DNA of 64,000 nt from Coriobacteriia bacterium. GTDB taxonomy: Bacteria > Actinomycetota > Coriobacteriia > Coriobacteriales > Eggerthellaceae. The stretch covers positions 11,245-75,244 of the forward strand of contig JAUNIP010000003.1 of assembly GCA_030523425.1 (NCBI GenBank), read 5' to 3'. How positions within the stretch are numbered: position 1 is the stretch's first letter; each line of letters opens with the position of its first letter. Below are positions 40,949 through 48,762 of this stretch, piece after piece. The notes under the pieces were generated by a model. That model had not been told where the DNA came from, made no database searches, and saw only the letters and a program-made list of their open reading frames with translations. Both the position numbers and the translations under genes were made by a program.

Positions 40949-41650
40949 ATGCAAGCATTTTCTCGTCGTTCGTTTGTGGCCTTGGTTGGTGCCGCGTGCG
41001 CTGCGTCCCTGGTGGGCTGCTCGGACGCCCGCAGCGGCACTGCTGGCGGCAACCAGCCCGCCGCGAACGCGAACGCCGCAGCTCCGGAGAACGCCACGAA
41101 CGCCGCGGTCCCGTCGCAGCCGAAAAGCAAAACGCTGCTGGCATGGTTTTCCCGCGCGGGCGAAAACTACAACCCCGCCGGCAATGAATACCTGGCTGTA
41201 GGCCACACCACCGAAGTGGCAGGCTTCATAGGCGTGGCCTTGGGCTGCGACCAGTACGAAATTGTGCCCCAGGTTCCCTATCCGGAAGAATACACGCCCA
41301 CCTGCGACATTGCCGCCGAAGAGCTGGCGCAAAATGCCCGCCCGGCCATCGCCAACCCGCTGCCGGACACGTCGGGCTATGAAAACATTATTGTGGGTTG
41401 CCCTATTTGGTGGGGCGATGAGCCCATGATTGTGCGCACCTTCTTGGAAGGCATTACCACGGCGGGCAAAAACATTTACGTGTTCACCACCCACGGCGGA
41501 AGTGGCCTGGGCTCTACGGTGGGCAATTTCACCAGCCTGTGTCCGGCGGCACACGTGAACAGCAACGGCTTCACCGTGGCAGGAACCCAAGCGCACGACG
41601 CCGGCGAAGACGTGACGGCTTGGCTGAAGTCGCTGAATTTAACAAACTAA
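40949..41650 (+). CDS. Exported (TAT-like/lipobox) flavodoxin-like protein
   Basis: MQAFSRRSFVALVGAACAASLVGCSD, then an Asn/Ala linker, then a flavodoxin_4-like body: LLAWFSRAGENY, YENIIVGCPIWWGDEPMIV, IYVFTTHGGSG. Confidence 0.7.
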   Translation: MQAFSRRSFVALVGAACAASLVGCSDARSGTAGGNQPAANANAAAPENATNAAVPSQPKSKTLLAWFSRAGENYNPAGNEYLAVGHTTEVAGFIGVALGCDQYEIVPQVPYPEEYTPTCDIAAEELAQNARPAIANPLPDTSGYENIIVGCPIWWGDEPMIVRTFLEGITTAGKNIYVFTTHGGSGLGSTVGNFTSLCPAAHVNSNGFTVAGTQAHDAGEDVTAWLKSLNLTN

Positions 41651-41688
41651 CAACCGGCTAACCGACCAACTAACGCAAAGGGGAAGAA

Positions 41689-42828
41689 ATGCAAGAAGGA
41701 TTGTTTGGAGCGAAGGGCCGTTTCGGGTTTGGCTGCATGAGGCTGCCCATGGCAAGCGGTGAAATAGGCTTTGACGGCGAAGTGGACATTGACCAGGTAA
41801 AAGACATGGTGGACGCCTTCATGGACGCCGGTTACAACTACTTCGACACCGCGCATGGCTACACTGCCGGCAAAAGCGAAACGGCGCTGCGCGAATGCTT
41901 GGTGGAGCGCTACCCGCGTGAAAGCTTCCTGCTGGTGGACAAGCTGACGGGCAATCACTGGGAAACCGAGGCCGACATTCGCCCGCTGCTGGAAGAGGAG
42001 CTGCAGGCGTGCGGCGTGGACTACTTCGACGCCCTGCTGATGCACGCCCAGAATGGCGAATTCTACAAGCGCTACAAGGAAAACGGCGCCTATCGCATTG
42101 CCTTGGAGTTTGTGGCCGAAGGCAAGGCGCGCCACTTCGGCATTTCCTTCCACGGCAAGGCGGCCGACCTGGAGCTTATCTTGGACGAGCAGCCCGCTAT
42201 TGAAGTGGTGCAGCTGCAGTTGAACTACATGGACTACGAAGACAACAGCGTGGAAGGCCGCAAGTGCTACGAAGCGTGTGAGCGCCGCGGCGTTCCCGTG
42301 GTGGTGATGGAGCCGCTGCGCGGCGGTAGCTTGGTGGATTTGCCCCAGGAAGCGAAGGCGGTCGTGGAAGCGCTGCCAGGCGGGGTGACGCCGGCCGAAC
42401 TGGCGCTTCGTTGGTGCGCGGAACTGCCCAACGTGGCCATGGTGCTTTCGGGCGTGAGCACGCTGCAGCAGATGCAGCAAAACTGCGCCACGCTGGCCAA
42501 CCCGCAGCCGTTAACGACCCAGGAAAAGGATGCCATTGACGGCGTGCGCGCGGTGTTTGACAACATGGATTTGATCCGCTGCACGGCGTGCCGCTACTGC
42601 GTGGGCAGTTGCCCGCAAAACATTGCCATCCCGGATTTGTTCAGCGTCATGAACACGCATGAAATGTATCACAATTGGAACAGCGGCTGGTACTACATGG
42701 TGTACACGCAAACGCACGGTGCCGCGAAGGACTGCATTGCCTGCGGGTCCTGCGTGGCGGAATGCCCCCAGGGGCTGGACATTCCCGCCTTGATGGAAAA
42801 GGTTTCTGCCCAGTTCGACAAGGATTAG
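41689..42828 (+). CDS. Aldo/keto reductase fused to a C-terminal 2x[4Fe-4S] ferredoxin-type domain
   Basis: FGCMRLP and DTAHGYTAGKSE (AKR catalytic region). C-terminal CTACRYCVGSCPQ and CIACGSCVAECPQG. Confidence 0.85.
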   Translation: MQEGLFGAKGRFGFGCMRLPMASGEIGFDGEVDIDQVKDMVDAFMDAGYNYFDTAHGYTAGKSETALRECLVERYPRESFLLVDKLTGNHWETEADIRPLLEEELQACGVDYFDALLMHAQNGEFYKRYKENGAYRIALEFVAEGKARHFGISFHGKAADLELILDEQPAIEVVQLQLNYMDYEDNSVEGRKCYEACERRGVPVVVMEPLRGGSLVDLPQEAKAVVEALPGGVTPAELALRWCAELPNVAMVLSGVSTLQQMQQNCATLANPQPLTTQEKDAIDGVRAVFDNMDLIRCTACRYCVGSCPQNIAIPDLFSVMNTHEMYHNWNSGWYYMVYTQTHGAAKDCIACGSCVAECPQGLDIPALMEKVSAQFDKD

Positions 42829-42853
42829 TAGCTTAGGGCTGGCGCGCCTGAAA

Positions 42854-42927
42854 ATCCCTTTCGCAAAACTATTGCAAGTTACGGTTTATTGTCCATACTA
42901 TGACAATAAAACTATTGCGAAAGGGAT
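42854..42927. promoter_or_regulatory. Nested palindromes upstream of the HTH-HipA gene (candidate operator / RBS-occluding hairpin)
   Basis: Outer 13-bp inverted repeat ATCCCTTTCGCAA (42854-42866) / TTGCGAAAGGGAT (42915-42927). Inner 9-bp inverted repeat TTTATTGTC (42885-42893) / GACAATAAA (42902-42910). Direct repeat AAAACTATTGC. The right outer arm overlaps the AAGGGA Shine-Dalgarno 10 nt before the ATG. Confidence 0.5.
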
Positions 42928-42936
42928 GATGCCGCT

Positions 42937-44358
42937 ATGATGAGTGTCAGTGAGGCATCGGCGTTGTATGGCATTTCGGGCGCGCGCATTCGCAAGCTTA
43001 TCCAGGAAAAGCGCATCAGCGCCGAACGGCAAGGGAAATACTGGTACGTGGACGAAGCATCGTTGCAGGCGTACTTGCGTCATGCGGTGCCGGGGCGGCC
43101 CACCAAGCGGGAACGGCAGGTGAAAGACCACTTCAAGCCGCAGGAATTTGCGTTCATGTCCCGCGGGCACGTGGTGGGGCGCTGCGTGTACGACCCGCTG
43201 CTGAAGCAGTTCACGCAGTTCGAATTGAAGGACGAAGCGCGGGCGCCTTTGGCGTTGCATTCTTATGAGAAAAGCGGGCTGTGCAAGAAATTCAACGACT
43301 GGTGGGGTTTGCGCGCGGTGCCCATGAGCCGTTCTAAAATGCGGCACAAGCTGCATACGTTAGGGCTGGAAAGCACCTTCGAAGCGCCGCTGAAAAGCCT
43401 GGGGCTTTCCTTGAGCGATCAATATTGGCTGTGTCCGGAAGAAGCGCCTGTCAGCTGGGAGGACATCACGTTCTTTCGCCAGCAGTTTGAGCTGGGCGAA
43501 GTGAAGGATGACCCGTTGGGCCGCGAAAATCCCTGGCTTTCCGCCATCGGCCTGAACAGCCCGGACAACACCACCGACGGCATGCTGGAAAAACGCTGGA
43601 TTTTGGACGCCGGCGGTCGGCGCCTGTTGGTGAAAGGCTGCGGCGAAAGCGGGCGCGAAGCCGTGGGCGAAGTGGTGGCAACCATGCTGTATCGGCGGCT
43701 TCTGCCTGCTTCGCGCTACGTGGACTATCGCTTGGCGCGTTGGAACGGCCGCACCGTAAGCGTGTGTGAAACGTTCCTGCGTGACGACGAGGAATTCATT
43801 CCCGCTTGGTACGTGAAGCGTCTGAAGAAGCGCGCCAACAATCACAGCGCTTACCGGCACTACTGCGAACTATGCCAGGACTTGAACGTGTTTGATGCCC
43901 AGCGCCAGTTAGACCGCATGCTGGTGTGTGACAGCATTCTTGCTAACACCGACCGTCACTGGGGCAACTTCGGCATTGTTCGCAACGTGGAAACTTTGGA
44001 ATTGCGTGCTGCGCCCATCTTCGACACGGGTACCAGCCTGTGGTCACACTTGAGCGTGGCAGACATGGTGGCGGGGGATTACGCCTTCACAACGAAGCCG
44101 TTTTATGAAAAGCCCAACAGGCAGCTGGATTTGGTTATCGATGCCAGCTGGTATGACGCGCGAGCGTTGGAGGGGTTTGTGGACGAAGTGCGGGAGTTTT
44201 TGACGGAGCTGCTGCTGGCTGACACTGCCACCGTAATCTGCCAGGGGCTTGCTAAGCGCGTGGAAACAGCGAACTTTTGGGCGCGCAATGCCCCCACCAG
44301 TGCCTTTTCCCCAGAAGTGCTAGGAGACCCGGAAACGCTAGACCTGGTGTGGCTGTAG
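42937..44358 (+). CDS. HTH-fused HipA-like Ser/Thr kinase (YjjJ/HipH-like architecture)
   Basis: N-terminal excisionase/MerR-type HTH SVSEASALYGISGARIRKLIQEKRISAERQGKYWYV. Middle region WWGLRAVPMSRSKMRHKLHTLGL...LSLSDQYWL. Kinase core with catalytic LANTDRHWGNFG and Mg-binding IFDTGTSLW. Confidence 0.7.
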   Translation: MMSVSEASALYGISGARIRKLIQEKRISAERQGKYWYVDEASLQAYLRHAVPGRPTKRERQVKDHFKPQEFAFMSRGHVVGRCVYDPLLKQFTQFELKDEARAPLALHSYEKSGLCKKFNDWWGLRAVPMSRSKMRHKLHTLGLESTFEAPLKSLGLSLSDQYWLCPEEAPVSWEDITFFRQQFELGEVKDDPLGRENPWLSAIGLNSPDNTTDGMLEKRWILDAGGRRLLVKGCGESGREAVGEVVATMLYRRLLPASRYVDYRLARWNGRTVSVCETFLRDDEEFIPAWYVKRLKKRANNHSAYRHYCELCQDLNVFDAQRQLDRMLVCDSILANTDRHWGNFGIVRNVETLELRAAPIFDTGTSLWSHLSVADMVAGDYAFTTKPFYEKPNRQLDLVIDASWYDARALEGFVDEVREFLTELLLADTATVICQGLAKRVETANFWARNAPTSAFSPEVLGDPETLDLVWL

Positions 44359-44414
44359 CGGTGGGCGCGCTATAATGGCGCAGTCACGCACTACCGCACG
44401 AAAGGCATAACACC

Positions 44415-44942
44415 ATGGAACTTCTGACCACGCCGCCCTGCGACCCGTTTTGCAAGGGCGAACACCCGGTGGTGGTCATGCGCCTGTACAACTTCAACGC
44501 ACGCATTCGCATCCAGCTTGAGCCGGCTGCCGCGCCCATCACAGTGGCGTATTTCCTGCAGCTGGTGCAGGAAGGCTTCTACAACGGTCTGAAGTTTCAC
44601 CGCTTGGTGCCGGGGTTCATTTTGCAGGGCGGTTGCCCCTTAGGCACGGGCGACGGCGAAACGGACTACTACCTGAAGGGTGAATTCGCCGAAAACGGCG
44701 TGGATAACCCTATCATGCACACCCGTGGCGTCCTTTCCATGGCGCGCCAAGAAGGCTGCGACACGGCTTCCTGCCAGTTCTTCATCATATTGGGCAACGC
44801 TCCTTCGCTTGACGGTCACTACGCCGCGTTTGGCCAGGTGGTAGAAGGCATGGAAGTGATTGACCGTCTGTCCCGCATGGGCACCGACCGCGCCGAGCAT
44901 CCCCGCGCCCCCATAGTGATAACCCGCATGTACGTGGAATAA
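44415..44942 (+). CDS. Cyclophilin-type peptidyl-prolyl cis-trans isomerase
   Basis: FHRLVPGFILQGGCPLGTGDG, SMARQ, QFFIILG, HYAAFGQVVEGMEVIDRL. Confidence 0.9.
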   Translation: MELLTTPPCDPFCKGEHPVVVMRLYNFNARIRIQLEPAAAPITVAYFLQLVQEGFYNGLKFHRLVPGFILQGGCPLGTGDGETDYYLKGEFAENGVDNPIMHTRGVLSMARQEGCDTASCQFFIILGNAPSLDGHYAAFGQVVEGMEVIDRLSRMGTDRAEHPRAPIVITRMYVE

Positions 44943-44977
44943 GTGCGACTTCCGTTTTCTGTTGCATGCCTTTGTTT

Positions 44978-45025
44978 GTTGCTTCATTATGGTATGTAAT
45001 ATAATACATACCATAATGAAGCAAC
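44978..45025. repeat. 48-bp AT-rich palindrome (21-bp perfect arms, 6-nt centre) between ppiase and the short HipA-like kinase
   Basis: GTTGCTTCATTATGGTATGTA-ATATAA-TACATACCATAATGAAGCAAC. The centre contains TATAAT. Lies 24 nt upstream of the TTG start at 45050 and 35 nt after the ppiase stop. Confidence 0.9.
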
Positions 45026-45049
45026 CATCATTCAAGTGAAGGAGAGTGC

Positions 45050-45856
45050 TTGCGTTATCCGGACCGTGTGAAGACCACCCAGGATCTAACCGCCTTGCAA
45101 TGGCGTGAATGCTACGCCACGCCCGGCACCAGCGGCAGCTTCCTGAAGGCTACGCAGGGAAGCGGCACAGCCACGGTGTATTACAAAGCTTCCACCTTTG
45201 ACCGCGTCAATGGTTTTTTCGGCCACGAATGTGTGAATGAGCTGGTGGCTGCGCGCCTGATGGACATTCTGGGCGTGCCCCATGCGCGCTATTCGCTGGT
45301 GCATGCGCGGGTGCGCGTAGAAGGCATCGAATACGAAACCTGGGTGAATGCCAGTCCGTCTTATCGGCACAGCGCAGAAACGAAGCAGGCATTTTCCCAG
45401 TTCTACGACCAGTTTGCACTGCGGGGCGAAAGTCCGCTTGCGCTGTGTGACCGCATGGGGTGGTCGGCGCCCGTGCGCCAAATGCTGCTGGTGGATTACC
45501 TGATCATCAACCAAGACCGCCACGGTGCCAACGTGGAGGTGCTGCACCTGAAAGATGGCCGCAAACGATTGGCCCCCGTGTTCGATTGCGGTAATTCCTT
45601 CGTGTTTTCCTGTTACGACGTGGAAGAGGCCATTCGCGCCTTCGACCCGCTGGTTGACGCGGTGGGCACGAACTTCATTGGCAGCAAGCGGCTGGTGGAC
45701 AACCTGGTGCATGTTTCTCCGGGCGTGGTGAATTCGTTGCGTCCAGAGCACCGGCCGCGCCTGTTCGCGGGGCTTGACGGCGTCTTGCCAGACTATCACC
45801 TGGAAAAGATGTGGGACATTCTGTGGAAGCGATGGTGCGTGTATGCGGGTGTTTGA
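45050..45856 (+). CDS. Short HipA-like kinase (kinase core only, 268 aa)
   Basis: TTG start after GAAGGAG. Gly-rich GTSGSFLKATQGSG, GHECVNELVAARLMDILGV, catalytic IINQDRHGANVEV, and VFDCGNSF. Confidence 0.65.
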   Translation: MRYPDRVKTTQDLTALQWRECYATPGTSGSFLKATQGSGTATVYYKASTFDRVNGFFGHECVNELVAARLMDILGVPHARYSLVHARVRVEGIEYETWVNASPSYRHSAETKQAFSQFYDQFALRGESPLALCDRMGWSAPVRQMLLVDYLIINQDRHGANVEVLHLKDGRKRLAPVFDCGNSFVFSCYDVEEAIRAFDPLVDAVGTNFIGSKRLVDNLVHVSPGVVNSLRPEHRPRLFAGLDGVLPDYHLEKMWDILWKRWCVYAGV

Positions 45857-46454
45857 GATTGCGAACGCGCGGGGGCGCAAGAAGGCGGCCGTGGCGGTGC
45901 TGCATTACAACGAACAGGCGCGCACGGCTGAAATAGATTTGCTGCCGGAAGCCGCCATAGGGCGCGTGCCGGCCATGTTCAATCGCTACCTGGAACTGGG
46001 AGAACGCCACATAGATGCTGCTTGGACGCTGCGGTGGATCCAAGAGCGCATTCCGCCGCCTAGCAGGCACAACATTCAAGGCATCCTGGAAGCCCTGCAA
46101 CTGGATGACTACGACCCCTACGCCTTGGTGATAGCGTCCAAAGGCGTTTGCTCCCAGGACGATTTCTTCCTGCGTGAAATAACCTTGGAAGCGGCAGGCA
46201 CCACGCGTGAAGACGCACCAGCGGGGGAGCAGCGCTACGAATACGCGGTGGTCAGCTTGCGCCAAAGCGTGGGCGAACAAATTGCTGCTGCCCGCAAGCA
46301 GCGCGGCCTGACGCAGAAGGAACTTGCCTGGCGGGCAGGTATCCAGCAGTGCATGCTAAGCAAGCTGGAACGCGGCCTGTGCAACCCTACGCTGGAAACC
46401 CTGGAATGCCTGGCCGAGGCGCTAGGCGCAAACCTGCAGGTGCGGTTTTCCTAA
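45843..46454 (+). CDS. Two-domain protein: HipA-N-subdomain-like region fused to a C-terminal XRE-family HTH (candidate antitoxin/regulator)
   Basis: ATG overlaps the kinase 3' end by 14 nt. The N-terminal WIQERIPPPSRHNIQGILEALQL..YALVIASKGVCSQDDFFL parallels WWGLRAVPMSRSKMRHKLHTLGL...LSLSDQYWL of 42937..44358. C-terminal IAAARKQRGLTQKELAWRAGIQQCMLSKLERGLCNPTLETLECLAEALG is an XRE HTH. Confidence 0.7.
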   Translation: MRVFEIANARGRKKAAVAVLHYNEQARTAEIDLLPEAAIGRVPAMFNRYLELGERHIDAAWTLRWIQERIPPPSRHNIQGILEALQLDDYDPYALVIASKGVCSQDDFFLREITLEAAGTTREDAPAGEQRYEYAVVSLRQSVGEQIAAARKQRGLTQKELAWRAGIQQCMLSKLERGLCNPTLETLECLAEALGANLQVRFS

Positions 46455-46520
46455 CGTCGCTACCGCACAGCAAGGTGGGGGAGTACTATAGGTGCAGCAA
46501 AGCAGCAAGAAAGGAAACGC

Positions 46521-46739
46521 GTGGGTTTTCCGGATTTCAACAACGACGGGCATACAAGCGCTGGGGAGGCCTTGGGCGCCCTAGGGCTTATTGAAGACGC
46601 CGACCGCAACGGCAACTGGGAAGGCGAACCGGGCGGCGGCCCCGGCGGTCCCGGCGGCGGCTGCAGCCCAGGCTGCCTGCTGTGCGCGTTGGTGGTGTTG
46701 GTGCTGGTCGTCGTGATTGCTGTAGTGTTTTCCCATTAA
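46521..46739 (+). CDS. Possible small membrane-anchored Gly/Pro-rich protein (72 aa)
   Basis: GTG start after AAAGGAAA. Acidic N-part, GGGPGGPGGG tract, C-terminal hydrophobic helix CLLCALVVLVLVVVIAVVF. No homology recognised, and coding status is uncertain. Confidence 0.3.
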   Translation: MGFPDFNNDGHTSAGEALGALGLIEDADRNGNWEGEPGGGPGGPGGGCSPGCLLCALVVLVLVVVIAVVFSH

Positions 46740-46763
46740 GCGCGCACACGTCAGGCATGCAAA

Positions 46764-46793
46764 AAGGCCGGCCGCCCCACGGCGACCGGCCTT
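46764..46793 (-). terminator. Terminator hairpin between convergent genes
   Basis: AAGGCCGGCCGCC-CCAC-GGCGACCGGCCTT (one mismatch). On the minus strand it is followed by TTTTT, so it fits termination of the ABC-2 operon. Confidence 0.6.
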
Positions 46794-46812
46794 GGCGTTA
46801 TAGCGGGCCCGC

Positions 46813-47658
46813 CTAGTTCGAATACGATTTCTTGAAGCGCACGAACGCCAGCACTATCAGGCCCACGGTCCACACGATCATGCCGCCCCAGGCCATCAGG
46901 TAATAGGGGCCTTCCAGCTGCGCCGTTACGCCCATGGTGATGCCCAGTGAATTGCCCAGCATGGAATCGCTGAACACCTGCACCACGGTGCACAGCGGCT
47001 GCGGCAGCATGCCGGCAACGCCGCTCAGCACGGTGGAAAGCACGCTTGCCAAGCAGAAGTACGCAATCATGCTTAGGGCAGCGCTGCGAACAAGCGTGGC
47101 CAGCCCGAAGCACAGCGCCACTACGCACAGGCCGCACACCCACGGCAGCAGCAGCGATCCGGCAAGGTAGGCCCCATTCAGCCCGAAGTCGGTTATGTAG
47201 GAGCCGTGCACCGCCAAGGTGTATCCCAGGCACAACAGCTGCGCAGCTAACAACAGCAGGCCCGAAGCACACACCCACGCCAGCAGGCGGGCGAAGAACA
47301 GACGGGTGCGGTTAGGCACTACAATCAGTTCGGCGCGCACCAGCGTGTCGTTGTGTTCGATGCACACGCGCGCTATGCAATACAGGGCTGCCACCCACAC
47401 CATAATGCCGGCGCAGCCTTCAAGCGTGGTGTACAAGACGTTGGGGTTCGGCGTCAGCAGCGCCATCGATTCGGCTGCAGTCGCGGGGTCCATTTGGTCT
47501 TGCGCCATGTCTACGGCTGAAACCATCAGGGAATGCACCAGGTCGGCGCCTACGATGGCCGCAAAGGCGAACAGGGCATAGGCAATGAGCATGCTAGGCT
47601 TGCGGATGATGCGGCTGAATTCGGCGAAGAATACGTTTCCGAAGGTTTGCTTTTCCAT
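46813..47658 (-). CDS. ABC-2-type transporter permease
   Basis: 281 aa, six hydrophobic segments. Start overlaps the stop of the upstream ATPase gene. Confidence 0.7.
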   Translation of the reverse strand: MEKQTFGNVFFAEFSRIIRKPSMLIAYALFAFAAIVGADLVHSLMVSAVDMAQDQMDPATAAESMALLTPNPNVLYTTLEGCAGIMVWVAALYCIARVCIEHNDTLVRAELIVVPNRTRLFFARLLAWVCASGLLLLAAQLLCLGYTLAVHGSYITDFGLNGAYLAGSLLLPWVCGLCVVALCFGLATLVRSAALSMIAYFCLASVLSTVLSGVAGMLPQPLCTVVQVFSDSMLGNSLGITMGVTAQLEGPYYLMAWGGMIVWTVGLIVLAFVRFKKSYSN

Positions 47659-48536
47659 TAGTTGCCTCCCTTCGAAGAAAGGAACAGGTTCTCTAGGCTG
47701 CCGCGGAAGCGCTCCAGATGGCTTAAGCTGGCACCGGATGCATACACCAAGCGGCCCACTTCGGTGGGTTCGGCGCCTTGCACGCGCAGGTGCATATCGC
47801 CTTCTAGCACGGTAAGGCCCGCGGCTTCCAGCGCGGCGCGAATGGCGGCGCGGTCAGGGCCGTCCACCAGCACTTCCATCTGGGCGGACTGCTCCAAGCT
47901 TTTCACGCTGCCGCTGCACGAAATGCGCCCGTCCTTCAGCATGACCACGTTGTCGGCCACCACGTCAAGCTCGCTCATGATGTGCGAAGAAAGCAGCACC
48001 GTCTTGCCCTGGTTGGCCTGCTCGCGCATCAGTTCGCGAATCCAGATGATGCCGTTCACGTCTAAGCCGTTGATGGGCTCGTCGAACATCAGGTTTTCGG
48101 GGTTGCCCAAAAGCGCGCCGGCAATGCCTAAGCGCTGCTTCATGCCCAGCGAAAAGGCGCCAATCTTCATGTCACCCTTGCCGGAAAGGCCCACTTGACC
48201 CAGTATGTCGTTGATGTCCGCTTTGGGTTCGCGGGCCACCTTGGCAACAAAGCCCAGGTAATCCTTCGCCTTCGTTTTGTGGGGCAAAAAGTCACTCCCC
48301 ATGAACGTGCCCATGCACCGCTTGGGGTTGGCGGATTGCCTGAAGGGTGCGCCGTCAACTAAGGTTTGCCCGGCGTTGCCTTCTTCCAGCCCGCAGATGA
48401 TCTTCATGGTGGTGCTTTTGCCGGCGCCGTTAGCGCCCACAAAACCGGTGATGTAACCGGGTTCGGCCTTAAACGATATGCCGTCCAAGATTACTTTGTC
48501 GCCGTAGGATTTGTGCAAATCGATGACTTCGATCAA
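47658..48536 (-). CDS. ABC transporter ATP-binding protein (ABC-2/drug-exporter type)
   Basis: Preferred TTG start at 48536 after GGAAGGAG. Walker A GANGAGKST, signature FSLGMKQRL, Walker B LMFDEPINGLD. Confidence 0.85.
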   Translation of the reverse strand: MIEVIDLHKSYGDKVILDGISFKAEPGYITGFVGANGAGKSTTMKIICGLEEGNAGQTLVDGAPFRQSANPKRCMGTFMGSDFLPHKTKAKDYLGFVAKVAREPKADINDILGQVGLSGKGDMKIGAFSLGMKQRLGIAGALLGNPENLMFDEPINGLDVNGIIWIRELMREQANQGKTVLLSSHIMSELDVVADNVVMLKDGRISCSGSVKSLEQSAQMEVLVDGPDRAAIRAALEAAGLTVLEGDMHLRVQGAEPTEVGRLVYASGASLSHLERFRGSLENLFLSSKGGN

Positions 48537-48762
48537 AGTCGCATCTCCTTCCTTTCGCGAAGCTGTTCCCCCGCGCACGCGCGGGTGGTGTTGCAAGGGA
48601 AATTATACTCAAACTGCTAGAAGCCGAAGCCACCGGGCAAACGGAAACCTGACAGAACCCTAGCAACTGACTTCCATAGGGTGCAAAAACAAGGAAATTA
48701 AACCAATTTGTACCCTAATGCGACAAGTGACCGGGCGGGCTCATGCGGTCACTTGCCGCGTT

